A DNA stretch of 64,000 nt from Candidatus Latescibacterota bacterium (GCA_965198095.1 OZ240239.1:2528234-2592233); one strand, 5' to 3'. Counted from the first letter of the stretch, positions 29,098 through 39,713 are shown. Numbers and translations: made by a program. Notes: generated by a model not told the origin, from the letters alone.

Positions 29098-30516
29098 TCA
29101 AATGTCGTAATAGAGCGCAAATTCGTAGGGGTGAGGTCTGAGACGAATGGCGTCCACTTCGTTCTCCATCTTGTAGTCGATCCAGGTGCTGATGACGTCC
29201 TCCGTAAAGACATCCCCCTTCAACAGAAACTCGTGATCCTCCTTCAGGGCATTCAGGGACTCGTCGAGGGATCCGGGCGTTTGAGGGATCGCGGCCGCCT
29301 CCTCGGGCTCCAGGTCGTAGAGGTCCTTGTCGAGCGGGTCGCCCGGGTCGATCTTGTTCTGGATGCCGTCCAGTCCCGCCATGAGCATGGAGCTGAAGGC
29401 GAGGTAGGGGTTGCAGCTGGGATCGGGACACCGGAACTCGCATCGCTTGGCCTTGGGTTCTGCGTGGTAAACCGGAATGCGCACGGCCGCGCTCCGATTG
29501 CGCTGCGAGTAGGCCAGGTTGACCGGCGCCTCGTAGCCGGGGACGAGCCGCTTATAAGAGTTCGTGGTCGGGGCTGCGAACGCGAGCAGCGCGGGCGCGT
29601 GCTTCAAGAGCCCGCCGATGTAGTGAAGCGCCGTCTCGCTGAGCCCGGCGTAGCCCGAGCCCGCAAAGATGGGGTCATCCCCGCTCCACAGGCTCTGGTG
29701 GACGTGCATCCCCGTTCCGTTGTCTTCAAAGATGGGCTTGGGCATGAAAGTAGCGGTCTTGCCGTGTTTTTTGGCCGTGTTCTTCACGATATACTTGTAG
29801 ATGACCAGCTGATCGGCGCACGTCACCAGGGGTGCGAATTTGAAGTCGATCTCGCCCTGGCCACCCGTCGATACTTCGTGATGATGGGCTTCGGCATTGA
29901 GTCCGGCATCGATCATGTGCAGGATCATTTCGCTCCGAAGGTCCTGTTGGGAGTCGCTCGGGGGTACCGGGAAATAGCCTTCCTTGTAACGGGGCTTGTA
30001 GCCCAGGTTGGGACCTTCATCCTTGCCCGTATTCCACCTTCCCTCCACGGAATCCACGTAATAATAGCCTGAGTTGTGGGTCTGGTCGAAGCGGATGTCG
30101 TCGAACACGAAGAACTCGGCTTCTGGACCGAAGTAGGCCGTGTCAGAGATCCCGGTGGACTTCAGGTAGTTTTCCGCCTTCAACGCGACCGCCCTCGGGT
30201 CCCGCGTGTACTTGCTGCGCGTCACGGGATCGACGATATCGCAGATCATGACGAGGGTGGGGATGTTGAGAAACGGATCGACGAAAGCCGTGGTCGGATC
30301 GGGAACGACCAGCATATCGCTTTCGTTGATGGCCTGCCAGCCCCGGATGCTGGAGCCGTCGAACCCGATGCCGTCTTCGAAGGCCTCTTCTTCGAACTCG
30401 GTGGTCGGCAGCGAGAAGTGCTGCCAGAGACCCGGGAAATCCATGAACCGGAGGTCGATGATCTTGATGTCTCGCTGTTTGATGATATTGAACACGTCTC
30501 GAGGCGTTTTCGCCAT
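29098..30516 (-). CDS. glnA: Glutamine synthetase type I
   Basis: 472 aa ([34 protein letters not shown]...). GS beta-grasp and catalytic-domain motifs. Confidence 0.9.
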   Translation of the reverse strand: MAKTPRDVFNIIKQRDIKIIDLRFMDFPGLWQHFSLPTTEFEEEAFEDGIGFDGSSIRGWQAINESDMLVVPDPTTAFVDPFLNIPTLVMICDIVDPVTRSKYTRDPRAVALKAENYLKSTGISDTAYFGPEAEFFVFDDIRFDQTHNSGYYYVDSVEGRWNTGKDEGPNLGYKPRYKEGYFPVPPSDSQQDLRSEMILHMIDAGLNAEAHHHEVSTGGQGEIDFKFAPLVTCADQLVIYKYIVKNTAKKHGKTATFMPKPIFEDNGTGMHVHQSLWSGDDPIFAGSGYAGLSETALHYIGGLLKHAPALLAFAAPTTNSYKRLVPGYEAPVNLAYSQRNRSAAVRIPVYHAEPKAKRCEFRCPDPSCNPYLAFSSMLMAGLDGIQNKIDPGDPLDKDLYDLEPEEAAAIPQTPGSLDESLNALKEDHEFLLKGDVFTEDVISTWIDYKMENEVDAIRLRPHPYEFALYYDI

Positions 30517-31323
30517 TTCCTGCTCCTTTCAACGGAAGAATTCTTCTTGGCGAGAGGTGGTCTGGCGCGTCGCCGAAATAGGATTGAAAAATATATCCGG
30601 CCTTTGTTTCAGTCAGATTTCGGCCATGTTAAATGTATATTAATAAAACTGCAGAGTGCCGCGGGGACAGTCCGGCCTTCGCCGGGGCATGGTTGCATTT
30701 CGCTTAACGCCTTGAAAAACGAAGAGATCCTTTCTTATTTGGCCTGAAAAATAGAAAGGGGTGGTCTTTACCCAAATTATTGCATTATATTATATAAGAA
30801 TGCGAAATTACGGGTTAACACGAAAACGCTAAGTTATTTCAAGGGTCGAACAGGTCATGAAATTCTTTAGGGATAAGCTGTTTCAGGACCTTGATCCTGG
30901 CGAACAACACAAGAAATTGCCGCGACTTGGGAGCGCCTGTCTGCCGCCGGGCAGCAGGCAATCAGATTCACACCTCTATTGAGGATCAAGTCAGTTTTTA
31001 GCGTTGTGTTGTAGGGTTATATACGTGACGCAAAGGGTCGGGGGACGTAGTATGCCTGGATGGGGAAAGTCACGTGTGCTGGAATGGCAGGGATTTTTCC
31101 AGCCGCCTTGCCCAGACTCCTGGAGTACATCACGCGCGGATGGGGCGGATTTCTTTGGCGCAGGGGTGTTGGATGCATAAACAGTGCTCTCCTGGCATTG
31201 ATTTACGCCGTTCTTCCAGTTGTTGAAAAGTTCCAGGTCAGTGTTGAGATTCGACATGCCGACCGAGGATGTGGTTGAGTCCATTCAGGGGATTTGTCGG
31301 CCAAACTGTAAGGAGATCGAAGG

Positions 31324-32478
31324 ATGAAACAACCGCCATCGGCATATGTCGAGGGGTATGCGAAGGCCCGTCGCCACGACCAGGCAATGGCTGACAACTA
31401 TGTCAAGCATACCACGATAGGCGACCCGGGTCTGGACCCGGTAATGGAAGAACTCTCCTCGTTGCCTCCTCACGACCTGCACCGATTCATCGGGGCTGGC
31501 ATAGAGGGGCGGGATGAGGTTCTGTCCAATGCGCCAAAGGCCCTGCGCGATTTCTTCGAAAGTCTTGAAGAACCTCCATGGCTCAACTACGAAGACTTTC
31601 GTCCGGGGGTTCGCGCCTTCCACGCAAACGTAAACCTCATGCTCGTCGCATTCGTTACGGGGGTGCTGGTGGAAGGCTTCTCCACGCTTATCGCCAAGTC
31701 TTTCAATATTACCGGGCGGGTGGCGACGACCAAAAGGCGCCTCCAACAGAATAACCGCCACATGATGGATATCTTTTTCCCCGGCGGCTTGCAAAGACAC
31801 GGTGACGGATGGAAGCTGTCCACACGAATCCGCTTCGTTCATACTCGAATAAGGAACCTGCTGGCGAAATCCGACGATTGGAATCACGAAGCCTGGGGCA
31901 TGCCGGTAAGCGCGGCACACCTGGGGTTTGCCATCTCCGTCTTTTCCAAGCGCCTGGTGGAATACTCGCTGCTGGTGGGCGCGGCCCTCAACAAGGAAGA
32001 ACAAGAGAGCGTTATCAAGGTGTGGCGCTATGCCGGCTATCTCATGGGGATTCCTGAGACCATCCTCTATACGACCAGCCAGGAGGCGGGAAAGATTTAC
32101 AAGATCGGCTATATGTGTGAGCCGCCGCCGGACGCCGATTCGATAGGCGTGGCGAATATGTTGATTAATGCAATACCGTCAGTTGCGGATATAGACGATC
32201 CGGTTGAGCGTGAAAAACTGACAGATCTGGCCTACCGCCTTTCACGAGCGCTCATAGGAAACCGACTTGCCGACCAGTTCGAGTTTCCAAAGACCTCCAC
32301 ATTGGGTGCACTGTGGATTTACCGGATGAAGCAACGCCTGCATCGAATGCTCACGAACAAGCAGGTTCTCAGATCGGATAACTTCTCTCAGCTTCTCCAG
32401 ATTTCGGTGTACGACGACGAAGGACTGAGTTACAAGATGCCCAACCATGTCCACACATCAAAATCAATCCAATGGTGA
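31324..32478 (+). CDS. DUF2236 / MpaB-like oxygenase family protein (tentative); sits in a lower-GC segment
   Basis: 384 aa. The call is family-level, from memory of MpaB/DUF2236 proteins. Local GC (about 52%) is clearly lower than the flanks. Confidence 0.45.
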   Translation: MKQPPSAYVEGYAKARRHDQAMADNYVKHTTIGDPGLDPVMEELSSLPPHDLHRFIGAGIEGRDEVLSNAPKALRDFFESLEEPPWLNYEDFRPGVRAFHANVNLMLVAFVTGVLVEGFSTLIAKSFNITGRVATTKRRLQQNNRHMMDIFFPGGLQRHGDGWKLSTRIRFVHTRIRNLLAKSDDWNHEAWGMPVSAAHLGFAISVFSKRLVEYSLLVGAALNKEEQESVIKVWRYAGYLMGIPETILYTTSQEAGKIYKIGYMCEPPPDADSIGVANMLINAIPSVADIDDPVEREKLTDLAYRLSRALIGNRLADQFEFPKTSTLGALWIYRMKQRLHRMLTNKQVLRSDNFSQLLQISVYDDEGLSYKMPNHVHTSKSIQW

Positions 32479-32756
32479 AGATGCTTGCGCCGTGGTGCGA
32501 CCACCATCTATCCTGAATCATTCATGCATTGCTGAGTCCGAGTGAGACTTGTAAGTTGATTTTGGGTTCAAGGTGCGTTGCGTGAAGCGGTATTGGCGTT
32601 CGTTCTGTGCGGCTCACGCTGTTCTCCAGACGGGATAGCGTCGGGCTGGCTCGCCAGATCCTCTCCCGTAGTCGGCAGGCGCTCTGCACGCGGCCTTCAG
32701 CGCCGGATCTGAACGAAGATCGTTGCTGTCGTTGGCGTCCTCGCAGCCACAGGCGA

Positions 32757-32801
32757 CCTGCCTGCGCCGAGTTCCCTGCCTCGCCTGCTTCAGCAGGCAG
32801 G
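32757..32801. repeat. GC-rich palindromic repeat, copy C (partial copy plus full copy)
   Basis: cctgcctgcgccgag...ccctgcctcgcctgcttcagcaggcagg. 25 of 27 nt match the copy inside the IS630 transposase. Confidence 0.7.
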
Positions 32802-32935
32802 TCTGGAACACGCGCCGTCTGATGAGGTTCGTGTAAGCGTGGTCGATATCGCTTTGGTGCCGTCGATCCCCCAACGCCGCAACGATCCGATCCGCGATAC
32901 CGATCCCGGACTCCAGCTTCCGGAGAAGCAAGGCA

Positions 32936-32960
32936 CCCCCCTGCCTGCAGCAGGCGGGCG
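32936..32960. repeat. GC-rich palindromic repeat, copy D (short form)
   Basis: cccctgcctgcagcaggcgggcg. Confidence 0.6.
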
Positions 32961-33266
32961 TCGCTCGCGGTCGTGCCTCCGTCGAAGCCCGCTTCTACCT
33001 TCTTGCCCAAATGCTTGCAAACTTCAAGGCCATCTGTTTACTTTCCGTCACGGTAGCTTCCTTTCAACGGGTTGTCTTTACTCGTCACCCCTGAATATGG
33101 GGACAAACAACCACTTGTACAAGGGAACTACCGCTTCTTCTGAATAATCCAGGCTAACGGAAAGCCGGGGATTCATCGGATAGATGGAACGAAGTTACCT
33201 ACAGTTGGCGGTGTCGACAGCGTCGCGCCTTCGAGTCGGCGAGGTCATCGCCGCTCCCGGCCTGGG

Positions 33267-35570
33267 ATGGGAGCCGCGATGACTCTTCTGCTTTTGGACC
33301 GCTACGTCGCCGCCACTCTGCGCCATCGGTGGCTGATCGTTGCGCTCGCAACGCTGGCCATGCTGGCCGCGACGGCCGGTGCCCGCTTTATCACCGTTAC
33401 AAACGATTACCGCATTATGTTCAGCGAAGACAATCCGCAACTCGCCGCTTTCAACGCCTTGGAGAACACGTACTCCGTCTCCAATACGGCCCTGATTGCC
33501 ATTGCGCCGCGAGGGGGTTCGGTGTTTACCCGCGAGGCGCTTGGCGCGGTTGAGGAACTGACCGAAGCTGCGTGGCGCGCGCCCTATTCCAGCCGGGTCA
33601 ACTCCCTTACCAACTATACCCACAGCGAAGCGCTTGAGGATGAACTTATTGTCGCACCGCTCGTTGATAACGCGCAGTCGCTGAGCGATGCCGACCTGGC
33701 GCGAATCGAAACGATCGCACTGAACGCGGTCGAAATTGCCGGGCGTCTGGTCTCCCGTGACGGACGCACGGCTGGGGTGGCCATTAATTTTATCCTGCCC
33801 GAAAATCCGGACCGGGCCGTGATCGAAATCACCGATTATCTAAGCTCGCTCCTGGACCAGGCCCGGGCACGCCACCGGGATATTCATTATTACGTGACGG
33901 GCGATGTCGTCATGAACCGGACTTTCGCCGATGTCACACAGGACGATATGCAGACCCTGACACCTATTGTGTTTCTCATCATCGTAGGTGCCACAATGAT
34001 TCTTCTGCGCTCGCCTCTCGGCACTGCGGCCATCGTCGCGGTGCTCGTGTTTGTCATCAATACCACTATGGGGTTCGCCGGCTGGAACGGCGTGGTGTTC
34101 AGCCCCACCAACGCCGGTGTGCCGATTATTGTCATGGTGATAGCCATCGCGGATGCCATCCACGTTGTCACGAGTGTTTTACTGGGTATGAGGCGCGGTC
34201 TGGACAGAAATGCGGCGATTGTCGAATCGTTTCGCATCAATGCCTATCCGGTATTTCTCACCTCGGTCACGACCGCGATTGGATTCCTCAGCCTGAATGC
34301 CTCGGATTCGCCGCCTTTTCACGTCCTGGGCAATTACGTGGCGTTCGGTGTATTATGCGCTCTCATATACACCATGACGCTCCTGCCGGCATTGCTCTCG
34401 ATTCTGCCATTGCGCGCGCGCCGTGTCCAGTCCGAGGGAGCCGCCTTCTTCGACCGCTTTGCCGACTTTGTCATCGCCCGGCGTAGATTTCTGCTGTGGG
34501 CCCTCACATTGGCTGTCGTTGGCCTGATCATCGGCGTTCCCCGCATTGAGCTGAGCGATAACATGGCCCAGTACTTTGATGAACGATACGAGTTCCGGCG
34601 CGATACGGATTTTGTCATTGATAACCTGACCGGCCTGGACAAGCTGGAATATTCGCTCAATGCAGGGCGCGAAGGCGGCATCACCGATCCCGGCTATCTG
34701 CGCCAGGTCGATGCTTTCGCCGAATGGTACCGACAGCAACCCGAAGTGACCCATGTCCAGGCGTTTTCGGATATTATGAAACGTCTCAACAAAAACATGC
34801 ACAGCGACGATCCGGCCTTCTATCGCCTGCCTGAAGACCCGGATCTCGCGGCGCAGTACCTGTTGCTCTACGAGCTTTCGCTTCCGTTCGGCAGCGACCT
34901 CAACGACCGCATCGACATCGGCAAATCCGCCACGCGCCTAGTCGTCGTGACCAAAAATGCGTGGTCTCGAGATATACGTGAACTCGATAAGCGCGCACAG
35001 GTCTGGCTCCGCGCCAATGCGCCCGCTTTTGCGCACGAAGCATCGGGCCTTAGCGTCGTATTTGCCCACCTGTCACTGCGGAATATCAACAGCATGTTGC
35101 GCGGTACGATCCTGGCCATGGCGCTCATTTCGTTTATCCTGATTTGGATTTTCAAGAGCGTTCGGATCGGGCTCCTCAGTCTGCTCCCCAATTTTGTCCC
35201 CGCAATTATGAGCTTCGGCCTGTGGGGTTATCTCGTCGGCCACGTGGGCATTGCTTCATCGGTGGTCATCGCCGTCGTCTTCGGAATTGTCGTGGACGAT
35301 ACGATTCATTTCCTGAGCAAATATCTGAAAGCCCGGCGCGAGGGCCTTACGGCGCCCGAAGCCGTGCGCTCCGCCTTCCGCACCGTGGGCCATGCGTTAT
35401 GGACGACGACCGCGGTGTTGTCAGCGGGCTTCCTCGTGTTCGCCACGTCGGGATTCGAGGTCAGTTGGGCGCTCGGTCTTTTGGTTACGACCACCATCAT
35501 CTTCGCACTCCTCGCCGATTTCCTTCTTCTTCCGACTCTGCTGATGGCCTTGGACCGGAGAGATTCATGA
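33267..35570 (+). CDS. RND-superfamily exporter (COG1033 / MMPL-HpnN-like, 12 TM with two periplasmic loops)
   Basis: 767 aa with two repeated 6-TM modules, each preceded by a large loop. Matches MMPL/RND family hallmarks. Confidence 0.8.
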   Translation: MGAAMTLLLLDRYVAATLRHRWLIVALATLAMLAATAGARFITVTNDYRIMFSEDNPQLAAFNALENTYSVSNTALIAIAPRGGSVFTREALGAVEELTEAAWRAPYSSRVNSLTNYTHSEALEDELIVAPLVDNAQSLSDADLARIETIALNAVEIAGRLVSRDGRTAGVAINFILPENPDRAVIEITDYLSSLLDQARARHRDIHYYVTGDVVMNRTFADVTQDDMQTLTPIVFLIIVGATMILLRSPLGTAAIVAVLVFVINTTMGFAGWNGVVFSPTNAGVPIIVMVIAIADAIHVVTSVLLGMRRGLDRNAAIVESFRINAYPVFLTSVTTAIGFLSLNASDSPPFHVLGNYVAFGVLCALIYTMTLLPALLSILPLRARRVQSEGAAFFDRFADFVIARRRFLLWALTLAVVGLIIGVPRIELSDNMAQYFDERYEFRRDTDFVIDNLTGLDKLEYSLNAGREGGITDPGYLRQVDAFAEWYRQQPEVTHVQAFSDIMKRLNKNMHSDDPAFYRLPEDPDLAAQYLLLYELSLPFGSDLNDRIDIGKSATRLVVVTKNAWSRDIRELDKRAQVWLRANAPAFAHEASGLSVVFAHLSLRNINSMLRGTILAMALISFILIWIFKSVRIGLLSLLPNFVPAIMSFGLWGYLVGHVGIASSVVIAVVFGIVVDDTIHFLSKYLKARREGLTAPEAVRSAFRTVGHALWTTTAVLSAGFLVFATSGFEVSWALGLLVTTTIIFALLADFLLLPTLLMALDRRDS

Positions 35571-36382
35571 TTCCCGCACGAGCAACGCTCCCGTTTTTTG
35601 CGCTTTGCCTGGCCATTTTGACCTGTCTTGGCGTGCCGACACCCGCCTATTCCGAAAGCGCCACGCCCGAGGAAACCGGGCTGAAGATCGCGCTCGAAGC
35701 CCGCGCGCGCGCCGAGGGTTTCGCCAATTTCACGGCTCGCCAAACCATGATATTACGCAACAGGCATGGGCAGGAGAGCCGGCGCGAACTCCGTATCAAG
35801 GTTCTCGAGGTCGCCGGAGACGGTGACAAGAGCCTGTTCGTGTTCGATAATCCGCGCGATGTCCAGGGGACCGCGCTGCTTATCCACGCCCATAGGGAAA
35901 AAGCGGACGATCAATGGCTCTATTTGCCCGCTCTGAAACGGGTCAAGCGGATCAGCTCGTCGAACCGTTCCGGCTCCTTCATGGGCAGCGAGTTCGCCTA
36001 TGAGGACCTGGGCGCCCAGGAGGTGGAGAAGTTCACCTACCGGTATCTGCGTGACGAGCCTTGCGGCGATTTGACGTGCACGGTTTCCGAACGCGTCCCG
36101 GTGGATGAAAAATCGGGCTACCGCCGCCAGCTGGTCTGGCAAGACCGGGACGCGCTGCGGGTCTGGAAAGTGGAGTACTACGATCGTAAGGACGCACATC
36201 TGAAGACGCTCACTCTGGAGAACTACGAGCGATATCTGGATCGTTACTGGCAGGCTGGCGAGATGACGATGGTCAATCACCTCACCGGCAAAAGCACCGT
36301 TCTGACCTGGACGGATTTTCAGTTCCGAACCAAGCTCAACGACCGCGACTTCACCCGAACGGGGTTGAAACGGGTGCGTTGA
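35567..36382 (+). CDS. LolA-like periplasmic (outer-membrane lipoprotein-sorting-like) protein
   Basis: Trimmed to M142 of ORF 35144..36382, with an ATGA overlap to the RND stop. Signal peptide MIPARATLPFFALCLAILTCLGV. 271 aa. Confidence 0.55.
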   Translation: MIPARATLPFFALCLAILTCLGVPTPAYSESATPEETGLKIALEARARAEGFANFTARQTMILRNRHGQESRRELRIKVLEVAGDGDKSLFVFDNPRDVQGTALLIHAHREKADDQWLYLPALKRVKRISSSNRSGSFMGSEFAYEDLGAQEVEKFTYRYLRDEPCGDLTCTVSERVPVDEKSGYRRQLVWQDRDALRVWKVEYYDRKDAHLKTLTLENYERYLDRYWQAGEMTMVNHLTGKSTVLTWTDFQFRTKLNDRDFTRTGLKRVR

Positions 36383-37620
36383 TGCTACTCCGTGCCGCCC
36401 TCGGCGCTGTTTGGATTCTGGCCCCGGTCTTTGCCGCCACCGCCCCTGTCCGAGCCGAGATTGGCCACGACTTTTCCGGGCGCGTGAGCATCGAAAGCCG
36501 ATGGTATCCCCAATCCGCCGCCCATTCCGGCCAGCGCTCGCACGGGAGCGGTTTTGTTGCGGAGCCAAAACTCTATCTTGAAGACGCCCAGGGCAGAAGT
36601 CTCACCCTGGCCCCGTTTTTTCGCTACGACGGCGGGGACCCACGCCGCACCCATGCCGATCTGCGTGAAGCCTATCTTCTGCTGTTCGGCGAAATCGGCA
36701 ACCATGAATGGGAGCTGCGCCTGGGCGTCGACCGGGTGTTCTGGGGAGTCACCGAATCGCGCCATCTGGTCAATATCGTCAACCAGATCGACCTCGTCGA
36801 ACACCCGTACAAAGAGCCCACGCTGGGCCAACCCATGGTCCATCTCACCTGGTCCGGAGATTGGGGCGCGGCGGAAATATTCGGTCTGACCTACCACCGC
36901 GCTCGCACCTTTCCGGGCCGCTATGGACGCCTGCGCTTCCCGCTCTTGGTGGATAATGAGCGGGTTTCGTATGAAAGCGACGCCGAGCAGTGGCATCTGG
37001 ATCTCGCCGCCCGCTACAGCGGCAGTTTCGGACCCGTCGATGTGGGGATGAGCGTATTCGATGGCACCAGCCGGGATCCTTTTCTGTTGTTGGATGAAGA
37101 CCGTAATGGCGAGCCGGCCCTGCTACCCTACTATGAACAGATTCGCCAGTTTGGACTGGACGCCCAGCTGACCGCCGGCTCCTGGTTGTTCAAGCTCGAG
37201 GCCATTCGGCGCTCCGGCGCCCGAAACCGTCTCGGCCTGGAAGAGGACTACGTTGCTTCCGCTTTTGGCGGCGAATACACGTTCTATTCCGTATTCGGCT
37301 CGGCTGTCGATCTCAGCCTGCTCGGCGAATGGAATTACGATGGGCGGGGCCCAAACGCGACCAATATCTTCCAGAACGATCTCTTCCTTGCCGCGCGCTG
37401 CGCGTTCAACGATGTCCAGAGCACGGAAATTCTCGCCAGTATTATGGAAGACGTTGACACGACGACACGCGTGCTGACTTTCGAATTGAACCGGCGCATC
37501 TCCGACCGGTGGTCTCTGCGCCTGGAGGCGGTCGCCCTTCTCGGCATCGACAAACTGGATTTATCCTATGCGACGCGACGCGACAGCTTCATCGAGCCGA
37601 ACTTGATTTACAATTTCTAG
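36379..37620 (+). CDS. Putative outer-membrane beta-barrel protein (cluster partner of the RND and LolA-like genes)
   Basis: Signal peptide. Alternating amphipathic strands. C-terminal aromatic residue (NLIYNF). The start overlaps the upstream stop. Confidence 0.5.
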   Translation: MMLLRAALGAVWILAPVFAATAPVRAEIGHDFSGRVSIESRWYPQSAAHSGQRSHGSGFVAEPKLYLEDAQGRSLTLAPFFRYDGGDPRRTHADLREAYLLLFGEIGNHEWELRLGVDRVFWGVTESRHLVNIVNQIDLVEHPYKEPTLGQPMVHLTWSGDWGAAEIFGLTYHRARTFPGRYGRLRFPLLVDNERVSYESDAEQWHLDLAARYSGSFGPVDVGMSVFDGTSRDPFLLLDEDRNGEPALLPYYEQIRQFGLDAQLTAGSWLFKLEAIRRSGARNRLGLEEDYVASAFGGEYTFYSVFGSAVDLSLLGEWNYDGRGPNATNIFQNDLFLAARCAFNDVQSTEILASIMEDVDTTTRVLTFELNRRISDRWSLRLEAVALLGIDKLDLSYATRRDSFIEPNLIYNF

Positions 37621-37818
37621 ACCTGAGGCTCGGCGGTCGGCAGCCCGTGGCGACTCGCAAACCCGAACTCGGACCGAAACCGGGGAGCCACTGTCCGCTG
37701 GCTCGCAACGGGCGAGCGTGAGTTGGTCTTTACCCGGTATGGAGATTGTCAGACGTAACCTGTCCTATCTCATCATCGGCCGGCAGCAGTACCTGCATCC
37801 ACCCCTCCGACTTCCCCG

Positions 37819-37844
37819 CATTCATATATGCCATTCATATATGC
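37819..37844. repeat. Perfect 13-bp tandem duplication (cattcatatatgc x2)
   Basis: Read directly from the sequence, in the AT-richer spacer upstream of the IS630 element. Confidence 0.6.
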
Positions 37845-38142
37845 ACAGTATCGGGACTTTATCCCCGCCTCCGGTATTCAGGCATCTCGTTTATGAACGA
37901 TGCCGGTAGAGCGGCTGGCGTTGTCCCGAGATTCGTGGGAGGTACTCCCCCAGGCCCAAAAAGCTGGAAGAAAATGCGCCTGAGAAGCCGTCTTAAAATT
38001 CCAGGTTTGGTCCTTCAAACGGATCAAAGCACCTCGAAAGTCGCTCGACGCCAGGGGAGCGCGACAGCCCCGCAAAGCGGTCCGACGTGGGTTTTAAGAC
38101 AGTCATCATGCCTCGCTGAGGCGCCCATTATGATTTAAATAG

Positions 38143-39375
38143 TTGCGTTGGCAGATCGGCGTCGCCAGCAGCTTTTTTTCTAGCTATTACTCAGAGCATA
38201 AAATACTTTACATATGTGCCTATATGGGTTGTATGTCAGAAAGAGACGCGCGATCGCTGTCGACGGAATCGCAAGAGGATCTGCGACGCAGCGTGATTCG
38301 AGCCGTGACCGAAAAAGGGGTGACGCAGGTGCAGGCCTGCGGCGTGTTTGGTGTTTCGCGGCAGGCGATCTACACTTGGTTGACGCGCCATAAGGCCGAG
38401 GGAGACAAGGGTCTCATACCGAGGCGTCGAGGGCGTCCGTCCCAACCCAGGCTGAAAGCGGCGCACGCGCGGGAGGTGCAACGCTAGATACGCGATCGGT
38501 GTCCGGATCAACTCAAGTTGCCGTTCTTTTTGTGGACGCGGGAAGCGGTCGCACAATTGATCGCCGCTCGGACCGGTGTGGAGGTTTCGGTCTGGACGGT
38601 GGGGCGCTGTTTGAAACGCTGGGGCATGACCCCGCAAAAGCCGCTGACGCGTGCGTATCAGCGCGATCCGGAGGCGGAGGCGCGCTGGCTGAAAACAGAA
38701 TATCCGCAGCTCCGTGAGCAGGCCCAAAAGGAGCGTGCCACCCTCTGGTGGGAAGACGAAATAGGCATGCGCATGGACGATCAGGGCGGGCGCAGCTACA
38801 GCATGAGCGGGCAGACCCCCGTGATCCCAGGCAGCCTGCCTCGCCTGGCTCAGCAGGCAGGCGGTCAACGCTGTCGCTGCAGTATGATGTCGGCCATCAC
38901 CAACCGCGGCCGGCTTTGCTTCCGCGTGTTCAAAGGCCATCTCAACTCGGACGTGTTCATTGACTTCATGCGCCGTCTCAAGCGGCAATCCGATCGAAAG
39001 ATCTTCTTGATCGTGGATCGACATCCGGTCCACCGCTCCCGGAAGACACGAAAGTGGATAGACAGACACGCGGCCAAGATCCGGCTGATCTTCCTGCCAG
39101 CCTACAGCCCGGACCTCAATCCCGATGAGATGCTCAACCAGGATGTGAAATCGAACGCCGTCCTGCCTGTGCCGGTGGCGCGGCAGACAGGTCGCAAAAA
39201 GCGTCCTCCCACACTTCAGCACATGATCGACAACGTCCGATCTCACCTACGCAGGAGGCAACGACAAAAAGCCGTCGTGAAACGCTACTTTCGAGCGCCA
39301 TCCGTCCGCTACGCCGCACTCCAAGTATGTCAACTGTTTACTGCTCCCCGTAATAGGTCGGCGAGAGGCCAATAA
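38143..39375 (+). mobile_element. IS630-family insertion sequence with a degenerate transposase (in-frame TAG at 38485-38487 plus an in-frame 27-bp palindromic-repeat insertion)
   Basis: ORF 38143..38487 (HTH domain, GVFGVSRQAIYTWLTRHK) and ORF 38518..39375 (DDE domain, ...IFLPAYSPDLNPDE...) lie in the same frame, separated by a single TAG. Terminal inverted repeats were not identified. Confidence 0.7.
38827..38861. repeat. GC-rich palindromic repeat, copy E, embedded in-frame in the IS630 transposase ORF
   Basis: ccaggcag cctgcctcgcctggctcagcaggcagg encodes SLPRLAQQAGG. It lengthens the segment between the PVI and SMMSAITN motifs. Confidence 0.65.
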
Positions 39376-39391
39376 AAGGGAATGATATACC

Positions 39392-39713
39392 TGACTACCC
39401 CCAATACACCTCGACCGCCTTCGGGCTCCGCTGCCAGGAAGCGGGGGTCCGCCCCTCCATGAGGTCAGGCGGGGACTGCTGGGACAACGCCCTTTGTGAG
39501 AGCTTCTTCGCCACGCTCGAATGCGAGCTCCTCGATAGACACCGCTACCGAACACAAGACGAGGCCAAGACGGCTGTGTTCGATTTCTTTAAAGGATGGT
39601 ATAATCCACATCGACGTCACTCAGCCCTCGAATACGAGTCTCCTCTCAGTTTCGAGGAGACCCCACGGCCGCTGGCTAACGCCAACCCTAAACCGTCCAC
39701 CAAACCGGGGTAA
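39392..39713 (+). pseudogene. IS3-family transposase C-terminal fragment (integrase-core tail), apparently truncated by the IS630 insertion
   Basis: ...YTSTAFGLRCQEAGVRPSMRSGGDCWDNALCESFFATLECELLDRHRYRTQDEAKTAVFDFFKGWYNPHRRHSALEYESPLSFE matches the C-terminal region of IS3 OrfB. No N-terminal part was found upstream. Confidence 0.7.

Noticed and set aside
30517-30800. Sigma-54 promoter for glnA
   Set aside because: No GCAA-N5-GTGCCA reverse-complement match on the glnA strand. Near-matches had the wrong spacing.
38236-39246. 336-aa minus-strand ORF
   Set aside because: It is antisense to the IS630 transposase, with no recognisable domains.
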